Assembly (NCBI GenBank): GCA_035285545.1
Contig: JAYKGY010000063.1
Span: 1 to 49,862 of the forward strand
Reading direction: 5' to 3'
Source: Snowella sp.
Lineage (GTDB): Bacteria > Cyanobacteriota > Cyanobacteriia > Cyanobacteriales > Microcystaceae
DNA: 49,862 nucleotides
Made by a program: the position numbers and the translations under genes. Below are positions 8,713-18,453 of this stretch, piece by piece (position 1 is the first letter of the stretch; every line of letters begins with the position of its first letter). The notes below the pieces were generated by a model. That model ran no database searches. It was not told the DNA's origin and was given only the letters and a program-made list of their open reading frames with translations.

Positions 8713-11691
8713 ATGGTTGACTACACTCCCTATACTATTTTGCTGGTGGATGATTCGCCGAGCGATCGCGGTATCTATCGACGTTGGTTAACGAATAGCG
8801 CGACAGAACATGCTGCCTATCACATTATCGAAGCGGAAAACGGAGAACAAGCAGTTAACTACTGCCAAAACCAATTGCCCGATCTGTTGTTAATTGACTA
8901 TTATTTACCCGATATGACGGGTTTAGCGTTTTTGAAGCAATTTAGATCTCAATTCCGACAGCCAAGAATTCCTGTGATTGTCTTGACCGGGCAAGGAAGC
9001 ACTCCCATCGCCGTTGAATTACTCAAACATTGGGTAGAGGATTATTTAGAGAAAGACAACCTGACCCCAGATCATTTACAGCGATCGATCGCCGCAGTCT
9101 TAAAGCAATTTCAACTCCAAAGGCAACTGGAACAAGCGGAAAGGAAAAATGCGGAAGGGAAATTTTGGCGCGATGTTTTAGATAGTCTATATATATTTGT
9201 GGGGATTCTCTCGCCCAATGGCAGGGTTTTAGAAATCAATCAAGCGCCTCTCAAGTTTGCAGGGGTTACCAAAGAATCCGTTTTGGGTCAGCCTTTTGCA
9301 GATACCCATTGGTGGGCATACTCTGTCGAAGTACAAACCACCATTCGGCAAGCTATCAAGCAAACTCAACTGGGTAAAAATTGCCGTTTTGATATTGCGG
9401 TTCAAGATTCAGAAAAAAAATTACGGAATATTGATTTTATTATCCATCCCCTATTTGATGAACAAGGAAATATCCGTAATCTAATTGCTTCAGGGATTGA
9501 CATCAGCGATCGCAAACGAACCGAACTGGCCTTGCAAGAAAGCGAAGAAAAATTTCGGCAACTGGCAGAAGTCGTCGATGCCGTATTTTGGATTCTCCAT
9601 TTGGATCGAACGGAACGAGTGTATGTGAGTCCTGCCTATGAACGAATTTGGGGTCGTCCTTGCAAAGAACTATTTGTTACCCCGGATGCCTGGCTTGAGG
9701 CAATTCACCCCCTAGACCGTGATTCGGTACTGGCTGCCATTTCTAAACAAATTCACGGTAAATACGACGAAGAATATCGAATCATTCGTCCCGATGGCCA
9801 AATTCGCTGGATTCGCGATCGCGCCTTTCCCGTTAAAAATGAGCAAGACGAAATTTACCGCATTGCCGGCATTGCCGAAGATATCACCCAGCAGAAAGAA
9901 GCCGAGCTAAAATTGCAAGAAAAAGCTTTAGAAGAACAATTATTGCGAGAAATTAGCCAAAGAATCCGCCAATCCCTCGATCTTCAAACAATTTTCAACA
10001 TTTCTTGCCAAGAAATCCGTCAAGTCCTTCAGGCCGATCGGGTCGGAATTTTTCGATTTTATTCCGACTCTGGCTACGATGACGGGGAATTTGTGGCCGA
10101 ATCGGTGATTAAAGGGTTTCCTTCCGCCTTAGAAATTTGCGTTCATGATCATTGCTTTGGTGAGAATTACGCCAATCTCTATGCTCAGGGTCGTTACTTT
10201 GTGGTAGATGATATCTATCAGAATGGGCTAGAAACTTGTCACACCAATGTATTAGCCCAATTTGAGGTAAAAGCCAATTTGGTGATGCCCCTTCTTTGTG
10301 GAACAGAATTATGGGGATTGCTTTGTATTCATCAATGTGACGGCCCGCGACACTGGCGACCAGGAGAAGTCGATTTGACCCTAAAACTGGCCAATCAACT
10401 CGCGATCGCCATTCAGCAGGCCAAACTCGTCGAGCAACTACAGCAGGAACTCACAGAACGACAACAAGCACAACAACAACTATTAATCAGCAATCAAGAA
10501 CTGACTCGTGCAACCCGCCTCAAGGATGAGTTTCTCGCTAATATGAGCCATGAATTGCGGACTCCCCTCAACGCCATTCTCGGCATGACGGAAGGATTAC
10601 TCGAAGAACTCTTTGGCCATATCAATAAAAAACAGAGAAAATCCTTACAAACTGTTGAAAATAGTGCATCCCACCTCCTCTCCCTCATCAACGATATTCT
10701 CGATGTCGCCAAAATTGAATCGGGGCTGATCGAATTAGAGTTAAATTCTGTTGCCATTGAGCCGTTATGTTCGTCCAGTTTGGCCTTCGTCAAACAACAA
10801 GCCCTCAATAAACGAATTCAGTTAGATATTAATCTTCCTCCTTATTTACCCAATCTTTGGGTTGATGAGCGTCGCATTCGCCAAGTTTTGATTAATTTAC
10901 TGACTAATGCGGTAAAATTCACTCCAGAAGGGGGACACGTAACCCTCACCGTCTCCCAAATCGATAGTAGCCCAAATTCTACACAGACATTGCTGCGAAT
11001 TGCGATTACCGATACGGGAATTGGGATTTCATCAGAAAATATTGATAAATTATTTAAGCCCTTTGTCCAGATCGATAGCGCGCTCAATCGTCAATACACG
11101 GGAACGGGTTTAGGATTGGCCTTGGTCAAACAACTTGTGGAACTGCATGGGGGAAGGGTTGAACTAACCAGTGAATTAGAGAAAGGAAGTTGTTTTAGTG
11201 TCGATTTACCCTGCGATCCGACAACGTTTATTCCGTTTCCCTCCCGGTCGGTGAGTTCGATCCATCATCAAAGCAATCATGAGCCAATGGATTCTGTTCC
11301 CCCATCCCCTTTAATTTTGCTGGCAGAAGACAATCCAGCTAATATTATTACCATTACAAGCTACCTCGAATTAAAAGGTTATCGGCTGCTGATTGCGAAT
11401 AACGGTCAAGAAGCGATCGCGCTTGCCCAATCCCAACGACCTGATTTAATTTTGATGGATATTCAAATGCCCGAAATGGACGGACTTGAAGCCATCCAGC
11501 ACCTCCGTTGTGATCCTATTTTGTGCCAGATTCCGATTATTGCCCTTACTGCCTTAGCGATGAAAGAAGACCGCGATCGCTGTTTCGCCGCAGGAGCCAC
11601 CGACTATCTTTCTAAACCCGTTAAGCTGAAACAATTAGCCACCCTCATTCAGAATCTCCTGACTCAAGAAGACGCATCAAATAATCTGTAA
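8713..11691 (+). CDS. Hybrid sensor histidine kinase REC-PAS-PAS-GAF(cyanobacteriochrome, DXCF)-HisKA-HATPase-REC
   Basis: N-terminal REC (LLVDD, LIDYYLPD), two PAS/PAC units, a GAF with DHCF and CH motifs, H-box FLANMSHELRTPL, G-boxes DTGIG and GTGLGL, and a C-terminal REC (LAEDN, LMDIQMP). Confidence 0.92.
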   Translation: MVDYTPYTILLVDDSPSDRGIYRRWLTNSATEHAAYHIIEAENGEQAVNYCQNQLPDLLLIDYYLPDMTGLAFLKQFRSQFRQPRIPVIVLTGQGSTPIAVELLKHWVEDYLEKDNLTPDHLQRSIAAVLKQFQLQRQLEQAERKNAEGKFWRDVLDSLYIFVGILSPNGRVLEINQAPLKFAGVTKESVLGQPFADTHWWAYSVEVQTTIRQAIKQTQLGKNCRFDIAVQDSEKKLRNIDFIIHPLFDEQGNIRNLIASGIDISDRKRTELALQESEEKFRQLAEVVDAVFWILHLDRTERVYVSPAYERIWGRPCKELFVTPDAWLEAIHPLDRDSVLAAISKQIHGKYDEEYRIIRPDGQIRWIRDRAFPVKNEQDEIYRIAGIAEDITQQKEAELKLQEKALEEQLLREISQRIRQSLDLQTIFNISCQEIRQVLQADRVGIFRFYSDSGYDDGEFVAESVIKGFPSALEICVHDHCFGENYANLYAQGRYFVVDDIYQNGLETCHTNVLAQFEVKANLVMPLLCGTELWGLLCIHQCDGPRHWRPGEVDLTLKLANQLAIAIQQAKLVEQLQQELTERQQAQQQLLISNQELTRATRLKDEFLANMSHELRTPLNAILGMTEGLLEELFGHINKKQRKSLQTVENSASHLLSLINDILDVAKIESGLIELELNSVAIEPLCSSSLAFVKQQALNKRIQLDINLPPYLPNLWVDERRIRQVLINLLTNAVKFTPEGGHVTLTVSQIDSSPNSTQTLLRIAITDTGIGISSENIDKLFKPFVQIDSALNRQYTGTGLGLALVKQLVELHGGRVELTSELEKGSCFSVDLPCDPTTFIPFPSRSVSSIHHQSNHEPMDSVPPSPLILLAEDNPANIITITSYLELKGYRLLIANNGQEAIALAQSQRPDLILMDIQMPEMDGLEAIQHLRCDPILCQIPIIALTALAMKEDRDRCFAAGATDYLSKPVKLKQLATLIQNLLTQEDASNNL

Positions 11692-11760
11692 ATCCCCCAA
11701 TAATAATGAATTTTCCAGCATTGAGTCTGGATTTTCCAAAAGTTGGGGTGCTAGGTGGTC
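11686..11760. repeat. Degenerate copy of cyanobacterial palindromic short dispersed repeat (TAAATCCCCCAA...TTGGGG)
   Basis: Shares TAAATCCCCCAATA with the element at 14532-14600 and has a TTGGGGTGCTAGG distal arm. It overlaps the kinase stop codon. Confidence 0.45.
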
Positions 11761-11782
11761 AACAACAGATCATTGAATAATC

Positions 11783-11804
11783 GTTACAAACTGTTTACAA
11801 ACTG
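11783..11804 (+). promoter_or_regulatory. Direct repeat TTACAAACTG x2 upstream of the ycf46 operon; possible response-regulator site (HLR1-like half sites)
   Basis: Perfect 10-mer at 11784-11793 and 11795-11804 with an 11-bp period. The half sites resemble HLR1 (G/T)TTACA(A/T)(A/T), but the spacing is 1 nt longer. Confidence 0.4.
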
Positions 11805-12006
11805 ATGCCCCTCCCTTAACATGGCTCAAAGACTTATCTGACAAAGGTTATGGGGATTACTGAAAGCTTAGTTTAAAGCATCATCCCATGTCTTTTGTAA
11901 ACAAATATTAAGAAACTGCCGTCATAGAGGCTTGCCCGCTTGACAGAATAAAGTTTCCTTGGCTAACCTAGAGCAATACCCAGTGGGTACATCAATCAAG
12001 ACTGAT

Positions 12007-12357
12007 ATGCAAGACAAGCAAAAGGTCACCCTTTATTTACCACCAGGAATTCATCGGCAACTGAGAATTCGTTCTGCTATTGACGTTGAATCAATGTCAT
12101 CGATTGTCGAAAAAGCAATTGAATTCTACCTAAAACATCCCGATAAGGTCGAGGCGGAAGATGAAAGCACCTTTGGAAAAACTCACCAAGTTCATATTTG
12201 CCCTGAATGCGATGCCGCAATGGTGATGCGCGATGGACAAATGGTCTCTCTCAAAAATCAACCCAGTATTTTGACTGAAGACTTTCCACTGGAGGTTATC
12301 GAAACCGTTCCTGCCCAAGGCGAAATGCCAATCGAAGAAGTTCTTGTTCCTTGCTAA
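12007..12357 (+). CDS. Ribbon-helix-helix (CopG-like) protein, first gene of the ycf46 operon (Slr0373-like)
   Basis: KQKVTLYLPPGIHRQLRIRSA RHH motif followed by HICPEC. The ATG at 12007 is the likely start, and the position upstream of ycf46 is conserved. Confidence 0.8.
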   Translation: MQDKQKVTLYLPPGIHRQLRIRSAIDVESMSSIVEKAIEFYLKHPDKVEAEDESTFGKTHQVHICPECDAAMVMRDGQMVSLKNQPSILTEDFPLEVIETVPAQGEMPIEEVLVPC

Positions 12358-12408
12358 AGGAGCAACTCGGTTAGCCAACCGTCCAACCAATAACCCAGGT
12401 CGATACTT

Positions 12409-13920
12409 ATGAAAGAAGAGCTAAGTATTCTTGTTCAAGCTCAATATCCTCTTATCTACCTCGTAACGTCTGAGGAAGAACGGGCAGAACAAGCGATCGC
12501 GAAAATTGCCCAACTGAAGACACAGCATCACCGAGTTTATGTTTGGACGGTTACTCACGGATTTATCGAGTACGGTCAACCCCAACAAACCACTCATCAC
12601 AATACGGTTTCTCCAGAAGCCGCCATTGAATGGGTTGTGCGTCATCGGGAATCGGGTATCTTTATTTTCAAAGATCTCCATCCCTTTATTAGCTCTCCTG
12701 CGGTTACTCGTTGGTTACGGGACGCGATCTATACTTTTAAAGGAACCGATAAGCTGATTTTATTAATGTCGCCTTATCAAGAAATTCCTTTGGAACTAGA
12801 AAAAGATATTGTCGTTCTCGATTTCGCCCTACCCGATTTGACTGAGCTAAATCAAGTCTTGTCAGAGCAATTAGAAAAAACTCGCACCCGTCGCACCACG
12901 ACCGAAGTTCGAGAAAAACTGCTCAAAGCAACCTTGGGCTTAACCAAAGATGAAGCGGAAAAGGTTTACCGTAAAGCCTACGTCAAAGCAGGACAACTCA
13001 CCGAATCGGAAGTAGACATCATCCTGTCTGAGAAAAAACAACTGATTCGCCGTAACGGTATTTTGGAATACATCGAAGAAGATGAAACCATTGCCTCAGT
13101 CGGGGGATTAGATGAACTCAAACGCTGGTTAACGCAACGTTCCGATGCTTTTACCGAACGAGCCAGAGAATACGGACTACCCCAACCCAAAGGGATGCTG
13201 ATCCTCGGTGTTCCCGGTTGCGGAAAATCCCTCATTGCTAAAACCACCTCACGGTTATGGGGTTTACCCTTACTCCGTTTGGATATGGGACGAGTCTATG
13301 ATGGTTCAATGGTCGGTCGTTCAGAAGCCAATTTAAGAAATGCCCTGAAAACTGCCGAATCCATTTCTCCGGTCATTCTCTTTATCGATGAATTAGACAA
13401 AGCATTTGCCGGTAATTCGGGTTCAGCCGATTCCGATGGCGGCACTTCTAGCCGTATCTTCGGTTCCTTCCTCACTTGGATGCAGGAAAAAACATCACCT
13501 GTATTCGTAATGGCAACCGCCAACCGCGTTGAACGTTTACCAGGGGAGTTCCTCCGCAAAGGACGATTTGATGAAATCTTCTTTGTAGACTTACCCACTC
13601 CAGAGGAACGTCAAGATATTTTCACGATTCACCTCAGCAAACGTCGGTCTGATATTACTCGCTTCGATTTAGACCAACTTGCCAAGGTATCCGATGGTTT
13701 TTCTGGTGCAGAGATTGAGCAAGCCATTATTGCCGCAATGTATGAAGCATTTGCCCAAGATCGGGAATTTACCCAGCTTGATATTATTGCCGCAATTAAA
13801 TCTACTCTCCCCTTATCTCGCACCATGATGGAACAGGTAGCCGCGCTACGAGATTGGGCCAGACAACGGGCCCGACCTGCTTCCACCTCCGTTGCTGAAT
13901 ATCAGCGATTGGAGTTCTAA
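12409..13920 (+). CDS. ycf46: Stress-responsive AAA+ ATPase Ycf46
   Basis: Walker A GVPGCGKS, Walker B ILFIDELDK, LRKGRFDEIFFVDLP, and the N-terminus YPLIYLVTSEEERAE. Confidence 0.92.
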   Translation: MKEELSILVQAQYPLIYLVTSEEERAEQAIAKIAQLKTQHHRVYVWTVTHGFIEYGQPQQTTHHNTVSPEAAIEWVVRHRESGIFIFKDLHPFISSPAVTRWLRDAIYTFKGTDKLILLMSPYQEIPLELEKDIVVLDFALPDLTELNQVLSEQLEKTRTRRTTTEVREKLLKATLGLTKDEAEKVYRKAYVKAGQLTESEVDIILSEKKQLIRRNGILEYIEEDETIASVGGLDELKRWLTQRSDAFTERAREYGLPQPKGMLILGVPGCGKSLIAKTTSRLWGLPLLRLDMGRVYDGSMVGRSEANLRNALKTAESISPVILFIDELDKAFAGNSGSADSDGGTSSRIFGSFLTWMQEKTSPVFVMATANRVERLPGEFLRKGRFDEIFFVDLPTPEERQDIFTIHLSKRRSDITRFDLDQLAKVSDGFSGAEIEQAIIAAMYEAFAQDREFTQLDIIAAIKSTLPLSRTMMEQVAALRDWARQRARPASTSVAEYQRLEF

Positions 13921-14076
13921 CAAGTTTGCTTCTGTCCCAAACAGAGGTAAAGGCTAGTCTTCTCAAAGGCTGGCAGTTCCCAAAAAGCCGTTAATATTAT
14001 CACCTAATAGAAGCGGCCGTTTATTTGACTCTCACTTTGTTGTTGTTGACTTCTGTTCTTTTGGAGGAAATCTCTC

Positions 14077-14430
14077 ATGTCCCACTTTAGCACTCTCCGC
14101 ACCAAAATCACTGATGCTGAAATTTTAAAAGCATCCTTAAGCGATTTAGGCATCACCGTTAAAAACGAAGCAGATGTTCGTGGTTATAACGGTCAGCGTG
14201 TACGTGCCGATCTCGTAGCGGTTTTGGATGGCGAATATGATCTCGGTTGGTCTCGCAATAGCGATGGGTCTTTCGACTTGATTGCTGACCTCTGGGGTGT
14301 TGCTAAAAAACACAATCAAACTGAACTTATTAATTCTATTAATCAAAAATACGCCGTTAATAAAACGCTGAGCGAAGTTAAACAGCGCGGTCTCCAAAAC
14401 GCCAATGTTAAATTAGTGGTTCAAAGCTAG
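14077..14430 (+). CDS. ycf35: Ycf35 / DUF1257 family protein
   Basis: Contains MSHFSTLRTKITD, GYNGQ, YDLGW, LIADLW and QKYA. Has a GGAGG RBS and follows ycf46. Confidence 0.88.
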   Translation: MSHFSTLRTKITDAEILKASLSDLGITVKNEADVRGYNGQRVRADLVAVLDGEYDLGWSRNSDGSFDLIADLWGVAKKHNQTELINSINQKYAVNKTLSEVKQRGLQNANVKLVVQS

Positions 14431-14456
14431 TATTTCAAGCGCGTTCCCAAGCCTAT

Positions 14457-14486
14457 GGGTTAACCCGTTGTGGTTGGCCCTTTTTT
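14457..14486 (+). terminator. Intrinsic terminator of the ycf46 operon
   Basis: GGGTTAACC/GGTTGGCCC 9-bp stem (two G-U pairs) followed by T6. Confidence 0.8.
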
Positions 14487-14531
14487 GTGTCTGATTTTTT
14501 TAATAAAGAACTATTCGCAAAGTTTTATATT

Positions 14532-14600
14532 GCCCCCTAAATCCCCCAATACTGGGGGACTTCTTAAGACTTCTCCTCAATATTGGAGGATCAGGAGAGC
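14532..14600. repeat. Cyanobacterial palindromic short dispersed repeat (REP/MITE-like)
   Basis: GCCCCCTAAATCCCCCAATACTGGGGGACTT and an imperfect inverted second arm, CTCCTCAATATTGGAGGATCAGGAGAGC. Confidence 0.7.
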
Positions 14601-14663
14601 TTTTCACACACCTTCTAAGACAATAAAACTTGGACGTTTCTCAATTCGCGTTTGTCTTATCGA

Positions 14664-16250
14664 ATGATCAAAATTTTGATTGCGTTATTAAGCGGTATTG
14701 TCATGGGGTTATCGGTTGCTCCCGTTGCCGCTTTTTATTTAGCCTGGATTGCACTGGTTCCTCTCTGGCTATTATTGTTCAGTCCTAAAAATACTTTTAA
14801 GAAACCGACTAAATTAGCTTTATTTTTTAATGCCAAAACTTTCTATGCGTTCCTGTGGGGATGGGGTTATCACGGGTTAGCTCTCTTTTGGATTACGGGT
14901 GTTCATCCGATGACCTGGATGGGGGTTCCCTGGTTAGCGAGTCTCGCGATCGCGATCGCCTGTTGGATGGCCATCACTTTCTGGGGCGCAGTCTTGGTTT
15001 GGCTTTGGGCGGTTGGTATGACCCTAATCGAACAATGGAGAACAAGCAAAAAAGAAAGTTATCACTATCAACTGACAGGAATTGATCGAGCGTTAAGAGT
15101 ATTAATCGGTGTCGCCTTATGGTGTGGTTTAGAAACCCTGTGGAGTGCTGGCCCGTTATGGTGGAGCGCGATCGCCTATACCCAAAGTCCGAATAATTTA
15201 TGGATTTTACAGCTAGGGCAATTATCGGGTTTTACAACTGTTACGGCTGCAATTATTGCTGTTAATGGAATATTTGCTGAAGTTTTGTTAATGATGATGG
15301 CTGGAAAGTATTCTCGACAAGTTAAATTGAGTTTATTTATAATTCCTTTAAGCTTTTTTGTAAGCTTGCATTTATTAGGCTTTTATCTCTACAATCGGCC
15401 ATTAAATGATAATCCTAATCAAGCTTTTTCTGTTGGAATTATTCAAGGTAATATTCCTAACACCATTAAACTGTATCCCGAAGGGTATGCAAAAGCTATT
15501 CAAGGTTACACAGAGGGCTATATTAAACTAGCTCAATCTAATGTAGATTTAGTTTTAACACCAGAAGGTGCATTACCGTTTTATTGGGAAGAATTCGTTA
15601 AAATTAGTCCTTTTTATCAAGCAATTTTAGAAGAAAAAGTACCTGTTTTATTGGGGGCTTATGGGGGAAATTCTAAAGAATATACCAATAGTTTATTTGC
15701 AATTGATACTCAAGGAAAGTTAATTTCTCAGTTCGATAAAGTAAAGTTAGTTCCCCTCGGAGAATATGTGCCTTTTAGTTCGATTATTGGGGGCTTAATT
15801 AAGCGGTTATCTCCCTTAGAAGGTCAATTTGTTGCTGGAAATTCCGATCAAATTTTCATTACGCCATCGGGTCAAGCTACCGTTGCAATTTGTTATGAAT
15901 CTGCTTTTGCTGAACATTTTCGTTATCAAACTGCCCAAGGGGGAGAATTCATTATAACGGCTGCCAATAATGCCCACTACAGTAAAACCATGCCGGCTCA
16001 ACACCATGCTCAAGACGTGATGCGGGCTATTGAAAGCGATCGCTGGTTAGCCAGAGCGACTAATACGGGTTATTCTGCGATTATTAATCCCCAAGGAAAA
16101 ACGATTTGGATTTCTCCCTTGGATGAATATGTCTTACATCAAGACACAATCTATCGTCGGCAAACCCAAACTTTATACGTTAGATGGGGAGACTGGTTAA
16201 CACCAAGTTTATTGTTATTAGGAATTGTTGGTTTAGTGCTGCGTCAATAA
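14664..16250 (+). CDS. lnt: Apolipoprotein N-acyltransferase
   Basis: N-terminal TM bundle plus a nitrilase domain: IQGNIP, LTPEGA, KVKLVPLGEYVP, AICYES, RAIE, RATNTGYS and TLYVRWGDW. Confidence 0.93.
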   Translation: MIKILIALLSGIVMGLSVAPVAAFYLAWIALVPLWLLLFSPKNTFKKPTKLALFFNAKTFYAFLWGWGYHGLALFWITGVHPMTWMGVPWLASLAIAIACWMAITFWGAVLVWLWAVGMTLIEQWRTSKKESYHYQLTGIDRALRVLIGVALWCGLETLWSAGPLWWSAIAYTQSPNNLWILQLGQLSGFTTVTAAIIAVNGIFAEVLLMMMAGKYSRQVKLSLFIIPLSFFVSLHLLGFYLYNRPLNDNPNQAFSVGIIQGNIPNTIKLYPEGYAKAIQGYTEGYIKLAQSNVDLVLTPEGALPFYWEEFVKISPFYQAILEEKVPVLLGAYGGNSKEYTNSLFAIDTQGKLISQFDKVKLVPLGEYVPFSSIIGGLIKRLSPLEGQFVAGNSDQIFITPSGQATVAICYESAFAEHFRYQTAQGGEFIITAANNAHYSKTMPAQHHAQDVMRAIESDRWLARATNTGYSAIINPQGKTIWISPLDEYVLHQDTIYRRQTQTLYVRWGDWLTPSLLLLGIVGLVLRQ

Positions 16251-16265
16251 TTTAGGCGTGACGCA

Positions 16266-16720
16266 TTGACACAAGAAGAAGAGGTAGTTGCCATAGTCGA
16301 TGTCAGCGCAGTAGAGATGGAACGTCCTAACTTGTCACAACGAGACTTAATTTATCATCGGTGACCGATTCGTTTGGTCGGCTGTAATCATTGTTGGATA
16401 AGGCTTTTACTCTGCACTCTGCTGATCATAGAACTGAAAAAATAATTAGAACGTAGCAATAGGGATTGTAGCTTTTGCACCTGATTGTATTATCAATAGG
16501 GAACTTTGATTCTCTATTTTCAGCAAACAGCTTCTTTATTGGAAAATTCGACATATTTTCAATCTAATAACCGAAAAGGTCATGGAAAAGCCTCAAAGTC
16601 TCGAATAAAAGTCCAGATGGCTTCCGTCAGTCATGTCTAGACATCTCTTCTATTTTTACTTATTCGTGTAAGAGGGCGCAGGAAAACCGAAGACTTCATT
16701 GGGACAACCACCATTTACGC
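16266..16720 (+). pseudogene. Possible heavily decayed IS5-family (ISL2-group) transposase remnant
   Basis: A short frame, EEEVVAIVDVSAVEMERPNLSQ, resembles the 'IVDVTE.PIERP...Q' first-Asp motif. The rest of the region has no long ORF. Confidence 0.3.
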
Positions 16721-16853
16721 AGCAAGCCGAATCAACATAGGATTAAAATTAAAGAGTAACCAAAGCGTTAAGTCAGTTAGAACATAATCGTGGTCAGCCC
16801 TTGGTTAAAGTTCTAGACGTTCAATTTATTTCTCAATTCTATTGGTTAAAGCT

Positions 16854-17171
16854 ATGACAAACTATGATCCCCAAGACGAAATCAAAATCCCTAAGGTAGA
16901 AGTGGACGTTAACCCAGATATTGATTCTGCTGCTGATCGTCAGCTTTCTGAAAAATTTTCTCAAGTGATGCAAAGCTTTTTACAGTGGTACGAACGTTTA
17001 CCCGGAGCGGCTAAGATTGCTGTCGCGATCGGTATTATCTTCTTCAGTCTTTCTTTATTAACCAAAGTGTTACACTTAGTGGCTTCCTTAATTAGTGTGA
17101 GCATTCTTGCGGTTATTCTTTACGTTTTGTATCGGACATTTCTTAAATCTGATTCCACTCAGAGTAATTAA
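16854..17171 (+). CDS. Small hypothetical membrane protein
   Basis: Acidic N-terminus and two hydrophobic helices; ATG at 16854. Confidence 0.7.
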   Translation: MTNYDPQDEIKIPKVEVDVNPDIDSAADRQLSEKFSQVMQSFLQWYERLPGAAKIAVAIGIIFFSLSLLTKVLHLVASLISVSILAVILYVLYRTFLKSDSTQSN

Positions 17172-17284
17172 ACTCCTTTATTTATCAGGATATTTATACC
17201 CCATCAGGATAAATGAGCCTAGAAAGTTCTCGTTACTTTTAACCAGTAACCTATAACGAACATTACGGAAAAAGACTGATAGTT

Positions 17285-17746
17285 ATGGCAACTTTGACAC
17301 AAGGTAAATTGCAAGAATTATATGAAGTTGATGATTATCTTTGGCTTGAAGAAATTATTAAAACACTAAAAAATAAAGACTGGGGAAATTTAGATTTAGA
17401 AAATTTAATTGAGGAGCTAGAGAGTTTGGGAAAAAATGACTTTAACAAAATAAGAAGTTTATTAAGACAAATTATTGTTCATCTTCTATTGTTAGAGCAT
17501 TGGTCACAAGAATATGATAGAAATTTTCGTCATTGGAAAAGCGAAATAATTGCTTTCAGGGATGATTTAAATCATCGCTTAACGACTACATTAAAAAATA
17601 AACTGAATCAGGACTTGGAAACGATTTACCATGTATCAAGAAGGCTAGTTATTCAAAAGACAGGATTGCCTGAAAACCTATTTTCTGATAATTGTCCTTA
17701 CTCCTTAGATCAGTTGCTTGATGACGACTGGTATCCCAGCAAATAG
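17285..17746 (+). CDS. DUF29 family protein
   Basis: Contains LYEVDDYLWL, LDLENLIEELESLG, HLLLL, W..EI..FR and CPYSLDQLLDDDWYP. Confidence 0.9.
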   Translation: MATLTQGKLQELYEVDDYLWLEEIIKTLKNKDWGNLDLENLIEELESLGKNDFNKIRSLLRQIIVHLLLLEHWSQEYDRNFRHWKSEIIAFRDDLNHRLTTTLKNKLNQDLETIYHVSRRLVIQKTGLPENLFSDNCPYSLDQLLDDDWYPSK

Positions 17747-17901
17747 ATTTTTGATCAATAATCACACAAGAAAATAACTGAAAATTTAAATAAAAAGACA
17801 ATTAATAATTTTAAATTAATATTTTTTGTCCACGAACAAATAGTTAATAATAAAATCTTGGCAAATATATTGAACAGAAATAAGGGAAAAAGAGGAGTAT
17901 T

Positions 17902-18450
17902 GTGACAATGCAAACTTTAGTAAAATGGACAACGCTTGATTATCATGAAATGATTAAATCGGGTATTTTAAGCGATCGCCACTGTGAACTAATCAATGGA
18001 GATGTGGTAGAAATGAGTCCCGAATTACCGCAGCATTATAATACAGTCAAAAGAAGTGTCAGTTATTTAGAAAAGATTTTAAGCGGAAAAGCGGATGTAA
18101 GATTTAATGGCCCCATTACTTTAGCTAATTCTGAACCCGAACCCGATATTGCTATTGTTAAGCTACCTGAATCAAATTATAACCAGCATCATCCCTATGC
18201 TGATGATATTTTTTGGCTGATTGAAGTAGCAAATACCAGTTTAATTAAAGATTTATCGATTAAGAAAAAGATTTATGCTGAAGCAGAAATAGCTGAGTAC
18301 TGGATTCTTAATTTACAAAACCAAGAGTTAATTGTTTTTCGTCAGCCAGAAAAAGGAGATTATCTATTTGAAATAATCTGGGAAAAGCCGATAATTAACC
18401 CTTTAGCTTTTCCTGAAATTAGTATTACCATTAGCCATTTATTAACCTAA
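17902..18450 (+). CDS. Uma2 family putative restriction-endonuclease-fold protein
   Basis: Contains W...DYHEMI..GIL, ELINGDVVEMSP, SEPEPDIAIV, LIEVANTS and K..IYA.A.I.EYWILNL. Confidence 0.9.
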   Translation: MTMQTLVKWTTLDYHEMIKSGILSDRHCELINGDVVEMSPELPQHYNTVKRSVSYLEKILSGKADVRFNGPITLANSEPEPDIAIVKLPESNYNQHHPYADDIFWLIEVANTSLIKDLSIKKKIYAEAEIAEYWILNLQNQELIVFRQPEKGDYLFEIIWEKPIINPLAFPEISITISHLLT

Positions 18451-18453
18451 ATA

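Noticed and set aside
14431..14480. Minus-strand GGAACGCGC resembling the 3' end of the glutamine (glnA) riboswitch
   Set aside because: The other riboswitch elements are missing, and the region is explained by the plus-strand terminator.
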